Part shown: positions 61,515 through 64,000 of the stretch, piece after piece
Numbering within the stretch: the stretch's first letter is position 1
Layout: each line of letters begins with the position of its first letter
NCBI GenBank assembly: GCA_039028635.1
Contig: JBCCHV010000009.1
Location: 15,446 to 79,445 of the forward strand
Length of the DNA stretch: 64,000 bases
Direction of reading: 5' to 3'
From: Acidobacteriota bacterium
GTDB taxonomy: Bacteria > Acidobacteriota > Thermoanaerobaculia > Multivoradales > JBCCEF01
Notes under the pieces: model-generated
Databases searched by the model: none
Told to the model about the DNA's origin: nothing
Seen by the model: only the letters and a program-made list of their open reading frames with translations
Made by a program: the position numbers and the translations under genes

Positions 61515-63041
61515 CTAGAAATACCCCTCTCCGGCGACGGCTTCGACGGTCACCTCGATCTCCTGCCGGTCCTGGCGGCAGTTGGCGGGGCAGTCGACGC
61601 ACTCGACGAGCAGCAGTCCGCGGTACTCCCCCGGGAGAACGTCCCGCAGATCGATCTCGGCCTCGGTGCTCTTCTCGCGGCCCCGCTTGATGCCCTGCAA
61701 ACGGTCGGAACCCACGATGCGTAGCCATGGCGTATCGACCGCTCTCACGGTGAAGTCGCGGCGACCGCGGCAGTTGGCGTTGCGAGCCGTCACGCTCGTC
61801 GGATAGGTGCGGCCGGTCTCGAGGCGGCCGAGTCTCCAGAGGGGGGAGTCGTCGGATTGCGAGGGCTCTCCTTCGCCCGGTGCGGTGCCGGGGTCATCAG
61901 ACTCGGTAGGGCAGCCTTCGGGTACGGGAATGGTGACGGTCTTCACCGTCTGGCAGCCGAGATCGTCGAACACGGTGATCTGGTGTTCCCCGCTGGGCAA
62001 AGTTGTCGCCTGCGCCTCGTATAGTTGTATGTCGGTCGGTTGCCAACGATAGGTGAAGGGACCGTTGCCCTGAGCCGTGGCGGTGGCCGAGCCATCGTTG
62101 CAGTAGCAGCACGAAGGCGGCTGGATATCCACGACCTCGAGCCGCGGACGCGGATCCTCGACGGTCACCTCAACCGACCTCTTGGCGCCGGTGGCGTCGG
62201 TGACGACATACGTGTGGGTGCCGATCTCGATACCGATGATCGTCCAGGTCCCGGGTCCGGTCTCGGTCGCCTGCTCGCTGCGCGGTCCGCTGAGCTCGTA
62301 AGGGGCGGTGCCGCCTTGGGCCTTGACGGTGACCTCGCCGTTGAAGGCACCCATCCGATCGCAGCCCAGCTGCGAGTCGGAAGTCGCCGTGGCAGTCAAC
62401 GGAACGACCTCTTCTTCCTCTTCCGGCTCCTCGTCGCAGCCGCCGGTGCACAGGGGAGTGGTGCGACAGTTTCGGGCTCCGGCCACGTCCTGGTAGAGCT
62501 GGCCCTGCCAGGCGAAGAAACCACCGCCCTTGTCGCCGTTCGGCATCCCCGGTACCGGACAGGCGCCGCGCACGCAGCTACCGCGGTTGGGGTCGTACCA
62601 GGTGCCCGGCGGACAGTCGCATTCGACCGTACAGCCTTCGAAGCCGGCGCACGGGCGACCGTCGTAGTCCCACTTGTTGTTGTCGTTGTCGTCGGCACCG
62701 ACGACGCTGAAGCACCCCAAGCGGTCGACCTCGTCCGGGCTCATCGGTCGTCCAAATTGCTCGCAGAGGTTCTGCGTGTCGCCAAAGGCGTCGCGGCAGA
62801 GCTCGGAGCATCGCTTGGAGCACTTGCGCTTCTTTTCGCTTTCGTTGAACGGCCCTGGGAACACGAGGTCCGTTTTGAGCGGCAGCAGCTTTTCGTCGTC
62901 TCCTTCGAGACCCACCCAGCAGAAGCAGGTCTTGTCCCCGAAGCCGAGAGGCTCTTCCTGGGCCTCGGTACCTGGGGTCACCAGCAGTGACAGGAGAATG
63001 ACGAGCAGGGCTCCCCATCGCAACAATTTGCCTTGGTCCAT
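61515..63041 (-). CDS. Secreted Cys-rich protein with SprB-repeat-like domains
   Basis: Signal peptide MDQGKLLRWGALLVILLSLLVTPGTEAQ. More than 30 Cys. CYCNDGSATATAQGNGPFTYRW and GCDRMGAFNGEVTVKAQGGTAPYEL resemble SprB repeats (C.G..(D/N)G...v...GG..PY.Y.W). Confidence 0.7.
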   Translation of the reverse strand: MDQGKLLRWGALLVILLSLLVTPGTEAQEEPLGFGDKTCFCWVGLEGDDEKLLPLKTDLVFPGPFNESEKKRKCSKRCSELCRDAFGDTQNLCEQFGRPMSPDEVDRLGCFSVVGADDNDNNKWDYDGRPCAGFEGCTVECDCPPGTWYDPNRGSCVRGACPVPGMPNGDKGGGFFAWQGQLYQDVAGARNCRTTPLCTGGCDEEPEEEEEVVPLTATATSDSQLGCDRMGAFNGEVTVKAQGGTAPYELSGPRSEQATETGPGTWTIIGIEIGTHTYVVTDATGAKRSVEVTVEDPRPRLEVVDIQPPSCCYCNDGSATATAQGNGPFTYRWQPTDIQLYEAQATTLPSGEHQITVFDDLGCQTVKTVTIPVPEGCPTESDDPGTAPGEGEPSQSDDSPLWRLGRLETGRTYPTSVTARNANCRGRRDFTVRAVDTPWLRIVGSDRLQGIKRGREKSTEAEIDLRDVLPGEYRGLLLVECVDCPANCRQDRQEIEVTVEAVAGEGYF

Positions 63042-63197
63042 GGCATCCTACTTTCTGTTGTTTATGAGGTGCTCATCATAAGTTGCATGAGAACGCTACG
63101 CATCTCGGTTATCGCGATATGCGCACCGGACCGATGGCATTGCCAAAAAAACGGCAATGTTGAAGAGGGTCGCCGAGGAAAGAAAGGTTTTGCGGCG

Positions 63198-63887
63198 TCA
63201 GCCGCTCTCTTCGCGGTAGTGGCGGAAGAGGTCGTCCAGGGTCTTGCCGGGCTCGGCGGTGAAGATCGAGCCCGGCGACAGCTCGGCGATGCGATCGAGG
63301 CGGAAGCTGCGGAAGTCTTGCCGCAGCTCGCACCAGGCGCCGAGGGTCCAGGTCCGGCCCCAGTGGAAGAGAGCCAGCGGCCGAACGGTGCGCTGGCTGG
63401 CTCGTCGCTGGGCGTCTTCGTAGGCCAGCACGGCGCGGCGGCTCTCCCGGATCGCCGTGCGCAGCCGGCCGAGGATGTCGCCGGTGGGGTCGTCGAGGCT
63501 CAAGTTGACGGCAAAGAGAGGGGCCGCCTCGAGACGCTCGCGCAGCTCCCCGGGCAGGCCGCTGTCGATCTTGGCCAGGGCGCTCTCGGCGGCGAAGGCG
63601 AGGGCCGGATCTCCCCAGGTGCGCACCATGCGGGCGCCGAGCACCAGCGCCTCGATCTCGTCCTCGTCGAACATCAGTGGCGGCAGGTCGTAGGAGCGAT
63701 CGAGCAGGTAGCCGACGCCGGCCTCGCCGCGAATCGGCACGCCGGAATCCACCAGCTCCCGAATATCGCGATAGATAGTGCGTTCCGAGACCTCCAGACG
63801 CTCGGCGAGCTCGGCGGCGGTGGCCAGGCGCCGCCGCCGTCGCCGCAGCGTCTGGATGATTTGGAAGAGGCGATCGGCGCGACGCAT
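63198..63887 (-). CDS. YafY-family transcriptional regulator (HTH + WYL domain)
   Basis: MRRADRLFQIIQTLRRRR...TAAELAERLEVSERTIYRDIRELVDSGVPI, with a C-terminal WYL-like region ending VRPLALFHWGRTWTLGAWCELRQDFRSFRLDRI. Confidence 0.9.
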   Translation of the reverse strand: MRRADRLFQIIQTLRRRRRRLATAAELAERLEVSERTIYRDIRELVDSGVPIRGEAGVGYLLDRSYDLPPLMFDEDEIEALVLGARMVRTWGDPALAFAAESALAKIDSGLPGELRERLEAAPLFAVNLSLDDPTGDILGRLRTAIRESRRAVLAYEDAQRRASQRTVRPLALFHWGRTWTLGAWCELRQDFRSFRLDRIAELSPGSIFTAEPGKTLDDLFRHYREESG

Positions 63888-63940
63888 GGCTCGATGCTAT
63901 CGAGGCGACCGGATCGCTGCTCGATCGCTCCGAAGAATCC

Positions 63941-64000
63941 TCAGCCTTTGGCCTGCCAGAGGGCGAAGATCGCGCCGTGGGGATCTTCGAGGATGGCGTA
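63941..64000 (-). CDS. VOC/glyoxalase-family protein, C-terminal fragment (the rest lies outside the window)
   Basis: My minus-strand translation gives YAILEDPHGAIFALWQAKG-stop, a typical VOC C-terminus and a common neighbour of YafY regulators. Confidence 0.5.
   Translation of the reverse strand, partial: YAILEDPHGAIFALWQAKG

Overview
Very GC-rich bacterial chromosomal window, so most long ORFs in the six-frame track are antisense or out-of-frame shadows. I called about 50 genes from recognisable motifs and from start/stop coupling. I saw no rRNA, tRNA, CRISPR array, transposase, integrase or recognisable phage-defence genes.

Layout:
- 1-19,890 (all minus strand): one long envelope-polysaccharide locus. 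It holds two GT4-type glycosyltransferases, an SDR epimerase carrying a CxxC...CxxC insertion, two tandem SAM-methyltransferase paralogs and a Wzx-like flippase. A chain of genes with 4-nt overlaps follows: SGNH hydrolase, HAD phosphatase, NeuA-type cytidylyltransferase, SDR epimerase and D-2-hydroxyacid dehydrogenase. The rest of the locus is a nucleotide-sugar dehydrogenase, two orphan secreted proteins, a PHP-type tyrosine phosphatase, a Wzc-type tyrosine autokinase, a Wza-like exporter and an outer-membrane barrel.
- 19,889-22,923 (+): an O-antigen-ligase/Wzy-like gene translationally coupled to a TTGYGD K+ channel with RCK domains.
- 23,415-28,154 (+): a GldA/GldF/GldG-like ABC system plus a DUF4340-like protein.
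- 28,724-34,987: a membrane-bound CadC/ToxR-like winged-helix regulator, divergent from a 1240-aa secreted multidomain protein. A direct/inverted ATCGCCA repeat sits between them.
- 35-44 kb: Dps, a small membrane protein, an ABM monooxygenase, a secreted beta-helix protein with TSP3-like Ca-binding repeats, a FIST sensor coupled to a PAS-GGDEF-EAL protein, and a methylmalonyl-CoA-mutase catalytic subunit.
- 44,001-46,814: class II (B12) ribonucleotide reductase nrdJ, preceded by two NrdR-box-like repeats overlapping a sigma70-like promoter.
- 46.9-47.2 kb: about 2.3 tandem copies of a 143-bp multi-hairpin unit. Related palindromic (REP-like) elements recur at 12.1 kb and 28.5 kb.
- 47-54 kb: TlpA-like thioredoxin, OmpA-family lipoprotein, VWA protein, an internally duplicated Cys-rich small protein, an archaeal-type (type II) GAPDH homolog, an MBL hydrolase, a RumA-type rRNA methyltransferase and a GNAT-like protein.
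- 54.4-63.0 kb: an ECF sigma factor, an anti-sigma/VWA fusion, an M23 peptidase with no signal peptide behind an AT-rich promoter, a CarboxypepD_reg-repeat protein with a duplicated C-terminal module, and a Cys-rich SprB-repeat protein.
- Window end: a YafY (HTH-WYL) regulator and a partial VOC/glyoxalase gene.

The best candidates for something undescribed are the ECF/anti-sigma-VWA-linked secreted-protein island, the CadC-like regulator with its giant-protein pair, and the CMP-activation module of the polysaccharide locus. None of these can be proven from sequence alone. Taxonomy is uncertain; the VWA and Gld-type gene content is compatible with Acidobacteriota-like or similar GC-rich Gram-negative lineages.
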